Shown: positions 26,853 through 39,400 of the stretch, in pieces
How the letters are laid out: each line of letters starts with the position of its first letter
How positions within the stretch are numbered: the first letter of the stretch is position 1
Assembly (NCBI GenBank): GCA_035221665.1
Contig: CM069164.1
Location: forward strand, 16,058,001-16,122,000
DNA from: Okamejei kenojei
Taxonomy: Eukaryota
DNA: 64,000 nt
Direction: 5' to 3'
The notes under the pieces: generated by a model
Database searches by the model: none
What the model saw: the letters and a program-made list of their open reading frames with translations, nothing else
What the model was told of the DNA's origin: nothing
Program-made: the position numbers and the translations under genes

Positions 26853-26983
26853 NNNNNNNNNNNNNNNNNNNNNNNNNNNNNNNNNNNNNNNNNNNNNNNN
26901 NNNNNNNNNNNNNNNNNNNNNNNNNNNNNNNNNNNNNNNNNNNNNNNNNNNNNNNNNNNNNNNNNNNNNNNNNNNNNNNNNNN
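26853..26983. other. Assembly gap (131 N)
   Basis: Run of n. Confidence 1.
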
Positions 26984-27220
26984 ATGACAACTGTCATGTG
27001 TTCACTGAGTAATCACAAAATGATATTTTGAGCCAACCATCACCACTTATTTAAAAATAGGTTTATTATCTGATATTGCCATAGATGTTATCAATGGTAT
27101 AATCAATCTTTCATATATTAAATGTTTTATCCCAAGAATATATCCCAGTCATTCTGGCAATCTCCTTCAGACCACCTAACCATCTTCTACAGTATGTGTA
27201 GCGTTTGAAATGCGAGTGAA

Positions 27221-27284
27221 ATCTTAGAAAAAGCTGTACATTGAGCTTAATTATCTTAGAAAAAGCTGTACATTGAGCTTAATT
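27221..27284. repeat. Perfect 2 x 32-bp tandem duplication
   Basis: atcttagaaaaagctgtacattgagcttaatt twice. Confidence 0.95.
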
Positions 27285-29592
27285 ATTACACACATATAAA
27301 TTTAAAAATCCAGCTTCTCCTTCCGTTTCGTGAAACAGATCAAATGGTTGGGGCACTGCTTTTTTTTGCTTTTTCTTCCCGACCCAAAGGGTCATCTATA
27401 CATTCCCTCCTCAGATGCTGCCTGACCCGCTGAGTTCCTCTAGCACTTTTTTTTTGCTCAAGATTCCAACATCTGAAAGTCCTGAGATTTTCTTTTGCTC
27501 AGTGACTCAAAAGTGCCGACTTCAGTATACTTACTTTTTTATTTATATTCTCTCTTGGCTCTCCCAACATAATACAGTTTGGAAGAACTGTATAGCCCTG
27601 ACTACCAATGTCCCCTCATCAAATCGACAGACTACCGCAACCTTTAGTGTAAATAAACATATTACATCTCAGAATATTTCTACAATAACTGTATCTACAG
27701 AGAGCATTGACTTTTTTTCTGTTACCTTTATGCTGTTAAAAGCATGGAGCAAATTTGAGGAAGTTTTCTCCCCTCCTAGAATCCATGGAAAGCTCAATAT
27801 TTCTCATTGCACACCCACCTAATTAGTTTCACTGATTGTTGCTCAGAATGCCAGAATAAACCCATCCTCTGCATAACAAAGCATTATCAATGGTCACATC
27901 TCCATTGCAATTATATCAGAAGAAATAATTCAAATCAAGCCATTTTCAAATAAAATGAGAACACTGAGATGACAAAGGGAAAGTATGGAATTCCCCAAAG
28001 ACGGGTTGTTGCTTATGGTGTCAAAGGATGTTGAAGCACAGAAAGGTACATGGATTTGAGGTATAGTTCGTCATTGGCTATTAAATGGCAGAATGCTCTC
28101 GAGGGGCTGAATGGATTCTGTTCCTATGTTCTAGTTTATGTGAGGCATACTGTGAAACAGAGCAGTATGATATCTGAAGCATTCTACATTCATATAGATT
28201 AGTGTATAATTTATCCAAATGAAAATGAGGTGCAGTGAGGAATGAGATAATTTTAAACAATCTTTAATTTTCTATATGAAAATAGTTTGTGTTTAAATTT
28301 CAAAGGAGCTTGTGAGTCCTTGTAAAATTAGATAATCTCTGTTCAATTACTTATTTATTTGCTTGATGGAACTTTTTAGAGGAAATTGTATAATTTGAGA
28401 TCCAATTTGGAGGGCATTTAGCAAAAGTGATTCCCATCAGAGAATCGGCCTTTGGCACCTGGTTTAAGAAAATATTCCTCTTTAATCAGATTTGGGAGGA
28501 GCACCAAATAGTCTGTTGTCATCACCTCCATTTCTACACACTGTAGTTTCATATTTGACACCCTCCATACTGGTTTAAAATACTAAATTAGACTCAAGGA
28601 CACCTATCTCAAGTGACAAAATCCTAATAAGGATTTTGCATCAATAACCAACTTAGTTGGTTGGAAAAAATATTTGCTTCTAAGCTGTGTTTATTGGTAT
28701 ACATTGACAATTGTGTATGATACAGATAGTGGCATATTGAAATATTGAAACGGGTGTGTAAGAGGTGCTTTGCAGGCGGCCAGTATTGGATTCGAGTTTC
28801 TAGAACCTATGAGTTCTGCCTTTATAAGTATTCAAAGGTGAGGTTATTGGAGTACACACTCAATGGTTGCTGCGTGTCTATCACCTCTTGTGATATCTTT
28901 GAGCCTTCTCTTTTTAAAACAATACTGATTTGTTTAAAAGATATTGCATTAACTAAAAAACCTTGGAAAATGTATAATATGTTGTGCCACGGAGCGGGGG
29001 GGGGGGGGGGGGGGTTCTGGTTTGCTTCAATTAAAAAAGCCATAGCTGAAGTTCTTTCAATCTTTTCCATTATGTTTTTTTCTTTTTTTTTCAAATTGTT
29101 ACTTAATTGTAATACTTAACAATTAGGCAATTGTTGCCTAACAATCAGGCAACAATTGTTACCAAAGTGTTGCCTGATTGAGTTTAATGCTGATTCTGTG
29201 CCGTATTACTGGTATATAAAAAATCATAACGTCAGAATGTACATTGGGGTTATATCATAATGAACATTTCATAACCATCAATCACATCTAATTTGGAAAG
29301 TGACAAAACTGCTCTGTAGCTCCTAGTACAAGACAATAGGGATGGATAACATTATCTTTCTCCTCATGTTTACAATTGTTGCCAACTGCCTCCATGTTCA
29401 GCAAACTCCTGTAGTGGTCTAAATTTGTTACTGTCAAAGCAACAATAGTAAAATGTAAATTCTGGGTATGGTTGAGGTTGGTGCTTTTGAATATCTCCGT
29501 AACTTGCGATCTTCATGTTGACAACCATTTACGTTGCATCGGATCCTCTCCTCAGTAGTTCCCTCTGTCACGAATGGGTAGAAAGTCAGAGT

Positions 29593-29842
29593 TTATATGG
29601 ACACTGGGCACGCAATGATCCTGTCCTCTAGCATTACACTGAAAATTAAGAATAGGAAGTAGAGGCAAAACATGGTGAAGCCCAACGCTTTGTTCATCTT
29701 CCACTTGGAGAGGCCAATGGAAATGATCACAAACAGCAGCATCAGAAAGAGAAGTACGATGGCACAGAACAGGCCATTACTGCTGACTGGAACTGGCTGT
29801 AAATTGTTAAACATCGCATACAATAACCAGGGCACTGGAAGC
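29593..29842 (-). CDS. SLC24A1: SLC24A1 (NCKX1) terminal coding exon
   Basis: LPVPWLL...QPVPVSSNGLFCAIVLLFLMLLFV...SVMLEDRIIACPVSI*, an NCKX1-type C-terminus; tttcag acceptor. Confidence 0.95.
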
Positions 29843-29894
29843 CTGAAACAGAGAAAATCAAAGTAAGTTAAAAGGTGCTTTTGATGACTTCTAC

Positions 29895-30218
29895 CCACCA
29901 GCATTGATTGGCGAGTGCCCAGTGGACATGGTTGGAGACACGGAGTGAAGATAGCTGGAGGCAAGGACAGGCAGCCATTTGGCTGAGTTTGACGTGATCC
30001 TGCTTCTGAATGGTGGCAGATTTGGAAAAGGGAAGATGCAACGAGACCTGGGTGTCATGGTACACCAGTTCATTGGCTATATTTAAGAGGGAGTTAGATG
30101 TGGCTAAAGGGATAGGGGGTATAGGATACTGTGTTGGATGATCAGTCATGATCATATTGAATGGTGGTGCAGGCTCGAAGGGCCGAATGGCCTACTCCTG
30201 CACCTATTTTCTATGTTT
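29895..30218 (+). mobile_element. CR1 LINE fragment (internally deleted)
   Basis: RT remnant (gtgcaacgagacctgggtgtc-like) joined to the 3' tail that is the reverse complement of 408-480. Confidence 0.75.
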
Positions 30219-30884
30219 CCCCAGACCGGTTACTCACTGATATAAGTGCACAGACAAAATAACATTTACTGGTCCTTGGCGTGTTGGAGAAAGGGGAGTA
30301 TGACAGATGAGGCAAAATGGATGGAATTTTGCATTCTCATCCTCTTTGTTCAATTGGCTCAGCACTCTCAACTCTCATTTCTCTGAGAATACCCTATTCT
30401 GCATATCTGTCCACTTGATCAACACCAATCTTTTTAACCTACCATTGGTGCTACATAATTGTGAGGATAGGTCAGATACAAGAGTAGCTAAAAGCAATAC
30501 TAAGGAAATGAGGGAGGATGTCCTAAAAGGCTCTTCAAATGAGGCCACATGGGTAGAGCTTATAAAAACAAAAAGGATGTGATCACTTTGATGGGGTATA
30601 CAACAGGTCTAATAGTCACCAGGACATAGAGGAACAGATAACGAGACAAATCGTAAAAAGGTGTAACAGGAATAAGATTATAGTAGTGGGAAATTTTAAT
30701 AACATAATGCAGGACCTGGCCAAGGTAGACTAGGAGCAGCCCCTTGCAGCTTAGTCTATTTCCAACCTGCGAGTCATTTAAACGTGTAATAGCAAGATAT
30801 CAAGGCTAATATGTTTCCATAAGGATGAAAGGTCAGAACGTCATTCCCATCGAATCATGCATGTCAAGAGATATTGAAAGATAT

Positions 30885-30977
30885 CTGAAGAAGGGTCTTG
30901 ACCTGAAACGTCAACCATTCCTTCTCTCCAGAGATGCTGCCTGTCCCGCTGAGTTACTTCAGTATTTTGTATCTACC
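30885..30977 (+). mobile_element. Short Penelope-derived repeat starting with a hammerhead-like core
   Basis: CTGAAGA-agggtcttgacct-GAAAC-GTC; flanked by a caagagatat direct repeat (30865-30874 / 30978-30987). Confidence 0.75.
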
Positions 30978-31369
30978 CAAGAGATATCAAAAGTTGGATA
31001 AAGCTTCGGGAAAATCCCCAAACATTTTTTATCATCTTAAAGGCAAGAGGATAACCAGTGAAAAATTAAATCTGTTTGAAACTAATGGGGCAAGTTGTGC
31101 ATGGAGTTGAGGATGCAGGTGAGTTCTTTAATGGAAACATCTCATCAGAAAACAGAACCATCAAATGTGAAGCTCTCCCTCAGTACACCACAAAATGATC
31201 TGCCCATTTGTCTTCATTCATTAGAGCCCACAATCTGTCAGTAAGGCAAGTTATTCTGAAGTTAGAAGGACATTTTGAAAGTTATGCTCTGGCGGTGTGG
31301 GTCTGAATTTTTACAGATGGTCTGCAGAAATCAAGAAATGTGAGACACCATTTTGAGAGTGATTCTTAC

Positions 31370-31536
31370 CCAACTGTGATGTCAAAGATGTTGCTTCCCA
31401 CTGAGCTGGACACTGCCATGTCCCCAAGACCTTTTCGAGCGACTATAACACTAGTGATGAGGTCAGGGATCGAGGTGCCTGCTGCAAGGATAGTTAAACC
31501 CATTATCTCTTCGGAAATGCCAATTGTTTCACCAAC
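31370..31536 (-). CDS. SLC24A1: SLC24A1 coding exon (alpha-2 repeat)
   Basis: [56 protein letters not shown]; ctcag / gtaaga. Confidence 0.97.
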
Positions 31537-32672
31537 CTGAGTGAGAAAGGAAATAGTTGTGATACCAATGCTCCAAAAGTCTGTTTTAAAATAACGGGAT
31601 CCCAGAACTCATGAAATATTATTGATCTGAAAAGTTAACTGAACTGCTGAATGTTTGTTCTTAGATCACGGATCAGGTCAACATTTTCACCTAGCCGGCT
31701 ATAGATAGAGGCTGCCGGCTGGACCCTGGGTTTGAATTGGCTACTTGCAGGTGAACAGAGGTTGGCCATTAAAACATGATCTTTCTGCCACTGGTGATGC
31801 TAGAAAATGGCCATTAACTGTTCCTTTGTTTGTCTTTGGAAGATATATCAACGCAAGGATATTTATCAACATCAGGAAGTGGTTCATAAAGCATGCCTTC
31901 AACATTCAATATGTCTGGGACTTATCACAGAAATAGTCACTTGAACATGGTGTTAGCCTGCTGCAGATCCACATTGACCATGTCCAGCTTTTTTACCCCA
32001 CGGCCAGACAACACCTTCCTGGATTGTATCCCAAAGAGCATTGCACCCTGCAAACTCTGACCAACAGACAGTCTGCGTTTTCATTAAAAGGAGAAAACTT
32101 TATGAAGTACCTGGACGGTGCTGAAGTCTTTCTCATTTACTCAACTCAACCATTTAAGGCAAATTCTGTGGAAACCATCTCCCCTCCATCCAGACGATGG
32201 AAAAAGTAATCAAATAATTTTTCCCATTCAGTTTTTTTTGAAACGTACACTTTCCCAGATGTTTGCCCGGATAAGATTTATAATTTAATGAGAAGATTTA
32301 GTCACACACACATCTACAAAATGTAGTGGTTTTGATGCCACTTCAAGCTTAATTGCATCAGTGTTACATCTCACAATGAGATCAGTGGTTTCAAACTCTC
32401 TTTGAATTTGTATAACCTGTTTTCTATGTATGAAGTTGTGTCACTTTTATCATTTTAAATACTTAGTAATCCACTAAGAGGAGGGTGACTGTCTTGAGCT
32501 GTTGTTTATTGGAATTCTTTCTGAAGAATAACATCTGCAATGTCAGATTTGTGCTTCTTTGATTTATTTAAGTGTTTCGTGACTTAAAGCTGTGCATCCT
32601 GGGTTTAATATTCTTTCTGTAGTTGACACAGACATGGATTGAGCCCACGTGGGGTCAGGAACACGTACCTAC

Positions 32673-32762
32673 CTGGTGAGCCAGGTACACCATCAAGTAT
32701 GAAAATGCGCCGATCCACAGAATTGATCCAAAGAAAGTGCCAATGAAGTATTTCTTTGAAGC
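32673..32762 (-). CDS. SLC24A1: SLC24A1 coding exon (TM segment)
   Basis: ASKKYFIGTFFGSILWIGAFSYLMVYLAHQ; ttttacag / gtaggt; 90 nt. Confidence 0.93.
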
Positions 32763-32993
32763 CTGTAAAAAAAAAATAAAGACACCTCACCAGTATCCCT
32801 TTTACAATTTTTAGGAAATATAACCTAAACCTTTGGGGCAGGCAAACAAAGCAAAGGGATTTGTATGCATAGAAGGCACAGAGTGATCATGTTGCTCATG
32901 TCCATAGATTCCTGGTTAAGAAATGATCAGACTTTGGGCATGACACATGCTCATTGCTAATAACTAATCTTTTCACAATACTGCCTCACTTAC

Positions 32994-33248
32994 TGGGTTT
33001 CTGACGTCAGGCACCGTGAGCCAGAGTGGAAACACAATGGGGAGAAGACATAGGTAAGTGACCTGTTTCCTTCGTGTGTCTGGCCATTCAAGACTTAAAG
33101 GTTCTTCATCATCGGATTCCTCCTCATCCTCCTCCTCTTCGTCATCAGAATCTTCATCGCTCTCATCGCTCTCATCGTCATCGTTACCATCAGAACCTCC
33201 ATCACCACCTCCACCTCCATCATCTTCACCCTTGCTGTCTGATTCTTT
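32994..33248 (-). CDS. SLC24A1: SLC24A1 coding exon (Gly/acidic tract plus PLSLEWP)
   Basis: ...DGGGGGDGGSDGNDDDES...EEEEDEEESDDEEPLSLEWPDTRRKQ...LWLTVPDVRNP; the long acidic run is typical of NCKX1; 255 nt. Confidence 0.95.
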
Positions 33249-34483
33249 CTAATGGGAAATGACTGAGCATCAGAATTACAGAAATTCATTCTAGGCATTC
33301 ACTGCACATTGAAATTGCTGTGAAATATGCCATGGGCAAACATCGGAAATACAAAGAGCAGTGCAAAAATATTCTGAAAGAGTATGGTCCTCCAAAGCCA
33401 GGAACAGAATTTACTGTTCAAAGCTATAATATAACCATAAAACCATACAACAATTACAGCATGGAAACAGGCCCTCTCAGCCCTTCCAGTCCGTGCCGAT
33501 CATTTGTTTTCCCCTAGTCCCATCTACCTGCACTCAGACCATACCCCTCCATTCCCTTCCCGTCCATATACCTTTCCACTTTACTTTTAAATATTAAAAT
33601 CGAATGTTCTTAATAAGGTCAAACCCATGTTATTCAGAAACAAGGTAAAACACCACATCCATATGGGATAGCTGAGTGACCCTTACAATTCTATGCTTGA
33701 AGTGCATCTACTTCAACCAATCATCATTCTCTTGAAGTTTCAACAGCTTCACTGTTTATAGCTTCTCTGCACAGTTTGAAATGAAGACCGATGTACCAAA
33801 GTCTGGGTTGCTAACGTGTCGTAGAGAACAGTGGTTCAGTATCCCCATCCTGGGAAATTACCCCACAATCTTCCCTCCATCCTGAGAAATAACATTTCAC
33901 CATCACTCTCTGCTTTCTGTCCCAATGACATTATGTAGTTCCACAGCCAATGCTCCTTCAAACTCTCAAGATTCATTTGTGTTATGATGTGGCATTTTAT
34001 CAAAATATTTCTGAAAGTGCTCAGAGACAAATCACCAACATCAACCCACGTGAGTTTGTCATTTCTTCAACAAACACATCCATAAGATGGAATCCATGCT
34101 AGACAAATTGAAGTCGAGATGAATTGTCAATATATCCCTGATTTCCACTTAGCATCCATAGAATGCTACTTGTCTCTCATTCGAATCATCCCAATGTTGT
34201 TTTCCATCTGATATTTCCTTGTAAGATCCTCATCTAGCTTTACATAATCCCCTTTAAAAATTGTAAAACTTCACCCAGAATATCAGTGTCAGCTCAACAA
34301 AGCATACACTGAAAGAGTTTCGGTGCTAGACTGAAGCCCCAGAGCCTGTATCTCAGAGGATACAGTACCCAATTAACACTGAACCTGACCCAGTAGCACC
34401 ACCCTCACCCTCCTGCCTGCTAGCCATTGAACCCCACAGAGAAAAGGAACAAGCATCTTAGTGGAACCTTTGGGATCACGTAC

Positions 34484-34596
34484 TGGGTCCTGGTTAGTAT
34501 TGGCATCATCCTTAGTTTCGGGTGGTGATGTGGCTGGCGGGTCAGTTGGGACATTCACCGTGTTCGGGAGATCTGTCCTCTCCTCTGTCTCTCCAT
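34484..34596 (-). CDS. SLC24A1: SLC24A1 cytoplasmic-loop exon
   Basis: gtttcag acceptor, gtacgt donor; 113 nt phase 1/0 bridges the flanking exon phases; DGETEERTDLPNTVNVPTDPP... Confidence 0.75.
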
Positions 34597-34616
34597 CTGA
34601 AACAGAGTGTGTGGGA

Positions 34617-35089
34617 ACACAGCTTTAGCATTTCCAAACCAAAGGCAACACAGCTTTAACGTTTCCAAACCAAAGGCAGCACAGCTTTAGCATTTCCAAA
34701 CTATATTTTCACACCACATTAAGGGCACTGACAGGTCAGTAAAACCACTCGCATTTTAGTAGACATGTGTTTAGCGTTATTCAAAGCTCAGACTGAGAGA
34801 TGTGACCCTCTCGCTCTCCCATCTTGCAGAGACTGACTGAGGCACTCAACACTTTCGGGTTTTATAGTCCCTCCAGAAGGGGCGTGGTCTTCAGGAGAGA
34901 TAATCTCAACATTTTTTAAACACTAATAACTCTTATTTTTCATCAATGGGAAAAATCCTGTCCTGCTCAGCAGAGTGGGACTCTGAGTAAGATGGCCAAA
35001 AATCACAGCCGTAAGTGGCAGCATTTTTTTCTAAAATCAATATACAGAACAACAGGAAGTGCTCAAGATCAGACTTTTCGTAATATAGA
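34617..35089 (-). mobile_element. Non-autonomous Helitron-like repeat, with 30-bp tandem subrepeats
   Basis: Begins A|TCTATATTA on the - strand; acagctttagcatttccaaac units at 30-bp spacing (34620-34700); no CTRR 3' end seen, so class is uncertain. Confidence 0.45.
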
Positions 35090-35674
35090 TAAATAAATAC
35101 TAAAAATGAAAAGACTGTCCATTCCTCCACAGTTGCTGCCTGACCTCCAGCTGCTCTTTTTTTTGCTACCTGCTCCAGCATCTGCAGTTTGTTGTGCCCC
35201 CTAAAATTGAAAAGTTTATTTCAGGTAAAGTTTCAATGAAACGGATTCACCAACTTAAGGAGGTGCCCTAATATCCTTTCCTGTACTGGGCCAAATGAGA
35301 CTCCAGTCTCTGGCACATTTGATTGATTATTTAGTGAACTCTGGGCAGTCCCAGTATGACTTTCCTTTACATCATTCTCATCTGAACAACCAATCGGTAG
35401 CAAATACCAAAAATTTTACTTCAGAATGATTTTTTCTTTAATCTCAGAAAAGTTCATTTAAATTTAACCATAATGGCAGTCTTAATTAATAAAAATTATC
35501 ATTAAAAAATTATCATTGTTGAGGTTAGTAAGCAAAAGAATCACATGTCTAATCTTTCTCTGTTGATTATTGTGTTGGAGCTGACCTCCTGGTTTGTAAT
35601 TCTGCTTTAACATGGTTACCAGAGGATTCCTAAGTGGGACATTTGCTCAAGATATATTTGCTCAATATTCCTGC

Positions 35675-36065
35675 AGATGCTGGAATATTGAGCAAAACAA
35701 CAAAGTGCTGGAGGAACTCAACACTTTTGGGTTTTATAGTCCCTCTAGAAGGGGCGTGGCCTTCAGGAGAGATAATCTCAACATTTTTTAAACACTAATA
35801 ACTTACAGAGTCAGGCAGCATCTGTGGAGAGTTTGGACAGATGATGTTTTGGGTCAGGACCATTCTTTAAACTGGTAGAAAGAGGGAAGGGGAGGGATGG
35901 AGCAAGAGCTAGCAAGTGATAGGTGGACCCACGAAGGAGTGGTTGAAATGGTAGAGTTTAATAAAAAAGGAATAAAATGTGAAGCCAAATTCAAGTGGAT
36001 AGTGACTGGGTTCTCCATCTGGCCCTACCAGACAGAACACAAGTGTTGGGCAAAGCGGTCAGCAA
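35675..36065 (-). mobile_element. Penelope-like relic with an 88-bp foreign insertion
   Basis: tgcagatgctgg...gctggaggaactca / gtcaggcagcatctgtgg pLTR end. Confidence 0.65.
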
Positions 36066-36360
36066 GTTTAGACCAGGACATAACATCACTAGATAGCTGA
36101 ACTCAGCTTTTCCCAAGCCAGATTAGTGGACCAAATGGTTGTACTAAGGTTCAGGTGGCAGACTGGGGAAGATAATTACCCCAGCGTTTGGTCAATAATA
36201 AACTGCCGCCTTTCCTGGGAAATCTGCGATGTATTTGTTCCCCTTCCATTTGTTCCACAACTGAAACTCAGTTTTGGCCAAGCAAGAAACAGTGCTTGGA
36301 CCCACCGATGGTGAGACCATTCATTCCTCTACTGCCCTCACTGGCATTTCTGGGTCTCAC

Positions 36361-36447
36361 CTTTCGTTTTTGTTTGTCGTTCTTCTTTTGGGCTTCCATT
36401 TCCCTTGGCCATATTGTTCATTACTTCAGCCTTCTGCATAAACTTCA
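36361..36447 (-). CDS. SLC24A1: SLC24A1 cytoplasmic-loop exon
   Basis: tttgcag / gtgaga; 87 nt phase 1/1; VKFMQKAEVMNNMAKG resembles the NCKX1/2 xKFxEKAxILxxIAK segment. Confidence 0.85.
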
Positions 36448-39400
36448 CTGCAAACAAAAGAGATGGAGAAGTTTCTGAAATCACCATAAGTGACTTGGCT
36501 AACACTTAACACAATTTCCCCCCTGAACTCCTGTGGAAGCTGGAGCCTTCAAGTTTCCGATTTTTCAATCATCTGCTAAAATGTGCATGTGCATACAGTT
36601 CACTAGACTAGAAGAAGTGCAAATAAATCACTGCTTGCCTTAGGAGACAGTTTGGGCCCCTGGGTGAAAGGAGACGAAGAGGTGATAAGAGGTTGGTACA
36701 TACAGTGTTTTTTATGAGAAATGTGGGAACATGAGCTGGGTGTTCAGCTGGTGAAGTGCTTTGTGCAGAAATGGGATGCATGTGGGGGCATGTGATGAAA
36801 TGCTGAGGCTGGGGGAAGGTGCTTTGATGGGAGTGGGGTGATGTTTGGTTGAAGGGGAAGAGTGAAATATGGTGGATGGAGAGGATGATAGGTGGGTTGC
36901 TGTGACAAGGCTTTGATGGGGAAGAATGGTGGATGTGGAGAGGGTGATGCAGTTCTGCTGGAGGAGGGGTGATGACTGGTTGATGGGGAAGGGTGAAGTA
37001 TGGTTATTGGTGGAGGGGGTGATAGATGCTGATAGAGCTTTGATGGGTGGGTGTTTGAGGGACGACGGGCTTGGATGGGGAGTGGTATCGGGGAGAGACA
37101 TAATGAGTGGTTGATGCTAGAGGGATGATGGGTGGTTGATGCGGGAGGGGTAGTGTTCATCATTGCTGAAGTTTCCGCACTTATCTTTCTCCTTCAAGGA
37201 TACAGAATACTTTACTGTGATAAACTCTGACTTTACGCAGGTTCTTTATTAAGCTCTCATTTAGAGCAGCAGATGAAAGAATCTGTTTCTTTGAGAGAAT
37301 GGGCAGTGAAAGCACGAACACGCAACTTCCTTGTGACCATCTGCAGGAGTTGGAGATCAGACATGGGGATGGGATTTCATTCAACCTCCACCTGTGAGCC
37401 TGCTGGAGCTCAGTCACCACCCTCTGCATCCAACCTAGACTGGGCCCTCCACCCTGAGATCATTACCTCCAGACCTATGAACATTGTGAAGAGATCTGTC
37501 AGGATAGTGGTCATATGGACTGGACAGTGTGTCTACACTGGGACGTTGTCAGATATTGGTCTGTACAACTGGCCCCAACAATCCCCAAACTTCATTGAAC
37601 TTGAGCTCAGGATGGTGCCGGTCTGAGAATTAATTCAAATTTGGCCCATGACCATACCGATCTTGCCATGCTGACGTGACAAACTTCAGCAGCTTTGACT
37701 TCCTGGCTATGCCAATTTCATGGCCAGCCAGGTTTCAGGATTTGTTGGTTCACTAATGTGCAGTCCACACATGTAAAGGTTTGTGGTTCTTTGCATTGTG
37801 TGAGCATCAGCTTCAGAGCTGTGGATACAGATTGTGAATGGCTGGGGTTCTCGTATCCGTCTCTGAGGTACACAACTGCTCACAGATCCCCAGCCTACAG
37901 TCGATATATTCCTACTCCTTGTTTTCAATCCAATACCAATCCTCCACTCACACCAACTAATCCCCACTGCTGTGCATTCTAGTTATGTTAGTAATCCCTT
38001 GTGTGGTTAATTATCAAAGGTTCAACATCAAAAGATTTATTGAACAAGATTTCCCTTTCATCAATCCATACTGATCGTGTTCCAATCTTATTACTGGCAC
38101 TTCTAGTTTAAAAAACATTCCAGTATCTTCCCTGTACTATCGTAAAGTGAACTGGTCTGCAGTTCTTCATGTTCTCAATTCCATCTCCTCCTAAATGGTG
38201 AGATTACATTAGCCACATTCTAATCTGTGCGATCTATTCAACAACCTGGGGATATTTTTGGAAGTTGACAACAAATTAAGATCTGTGGACCGCCCCTTCA
38301 AAACCCGTGGATCTCCCGAGCTCTGCAGCTTCCTCTCTAATGTCTTTAGCCTTTTGTTTAAAATCTGGGCCACCTCTCCCCTCCTCTTCACTTTTATCTT
38401 CTAAAAGTAAAGAATCCTACAAAATTTAATTTCCACTCTTGCTCACATTGCAACCATGACTATAACATTATGCCATTTTATTTGTTCATGTTATAAATGC
38501 TCTGTGCAGTCACATAAACAGCTTTTAGCTTTTGTTCAATACCACATTTCCCAGGTCTGACTCAAGTCAGAGGTTTTCTCTTATGCTTGTGTACATTAAC
38601 CAGTCTTGTTAATGTAACCTTTTCACTATCTTGCATTAACCTCCCAATACAAGTTCCCCTACAGTGGCATGACTCCTAGCAGAAGATGTTCTATGTTCTA
38701 CACCTGTACTGCCAATCCCAGGTTCTCTACATGCAACCACCATCAGAGTTGGTGCCTGAAGAATGGAAAATTGCACATATTCCCTTGATCAAAGTATAGG
38801 GATCAACCCCAAAACTACACCCCAGACAGTTTATCCACGGTGATGGAGCAAGTCCTTGGATCAAGATTAGAGGAGCTGGGGTTCCCTCCTTGGTACAGGG
38901 CTGTATGCAAGATGATCGGATGGGGGGATTTAAATTAATGAAGGATGTATAATGGAAAGTGTTCCCATTGATGGAAGGGCCGAGAGGAGAAAGTTAAAGT
39001 AGTTGGGAAATAGTCAAAAATGACATGAGGAAATAATTATTTACATAGCAAGTAATTAAGGCAAGAAATGTGAAGCTGGAGAAGTGGTGAGGGCAAATTC
39101 AAACTCGCTTTCAGAAAAAAGCTGAATAAGTAGTTGAATGGATATGATTTGCAGAACCGTGGGGAGAAGATGGAGTCTAGGGCTAGCAAGACAGCCCTTG
39201 GACAACCCAGTATGGGCTGGAGAGTCGGATGGAGTATTCCTGCAGTAACTGTCCTGTATCTGTGCAGATGCTGCCCTTGGTCAGTGAGTGATAGTGAGAT
39301 GGAGTCACTCTGCAGGCAGCAGCTGCTGCAATGGAGCGGACAGGGTTCGCTGAGCACTAACTCATCGCTTGGTGTTAAGCTGATTGGCTCCCGCTTTGAT

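Noticed and set aside
34620-34700. Regularly spaced 21-bp repeats resembling a CRISPR array
   Set aside because: Eukaryotic context, only three units, and the spacers are 9 nt and near-identical; this is a minisatellite.
36700-37160. G/A/T-rich tract giving Pro/Ser/His-rich ORFs on the - strand
   Set aside because: Low-complexity degenerate repeat; not needed for SLC24A1 exon phase continuity.
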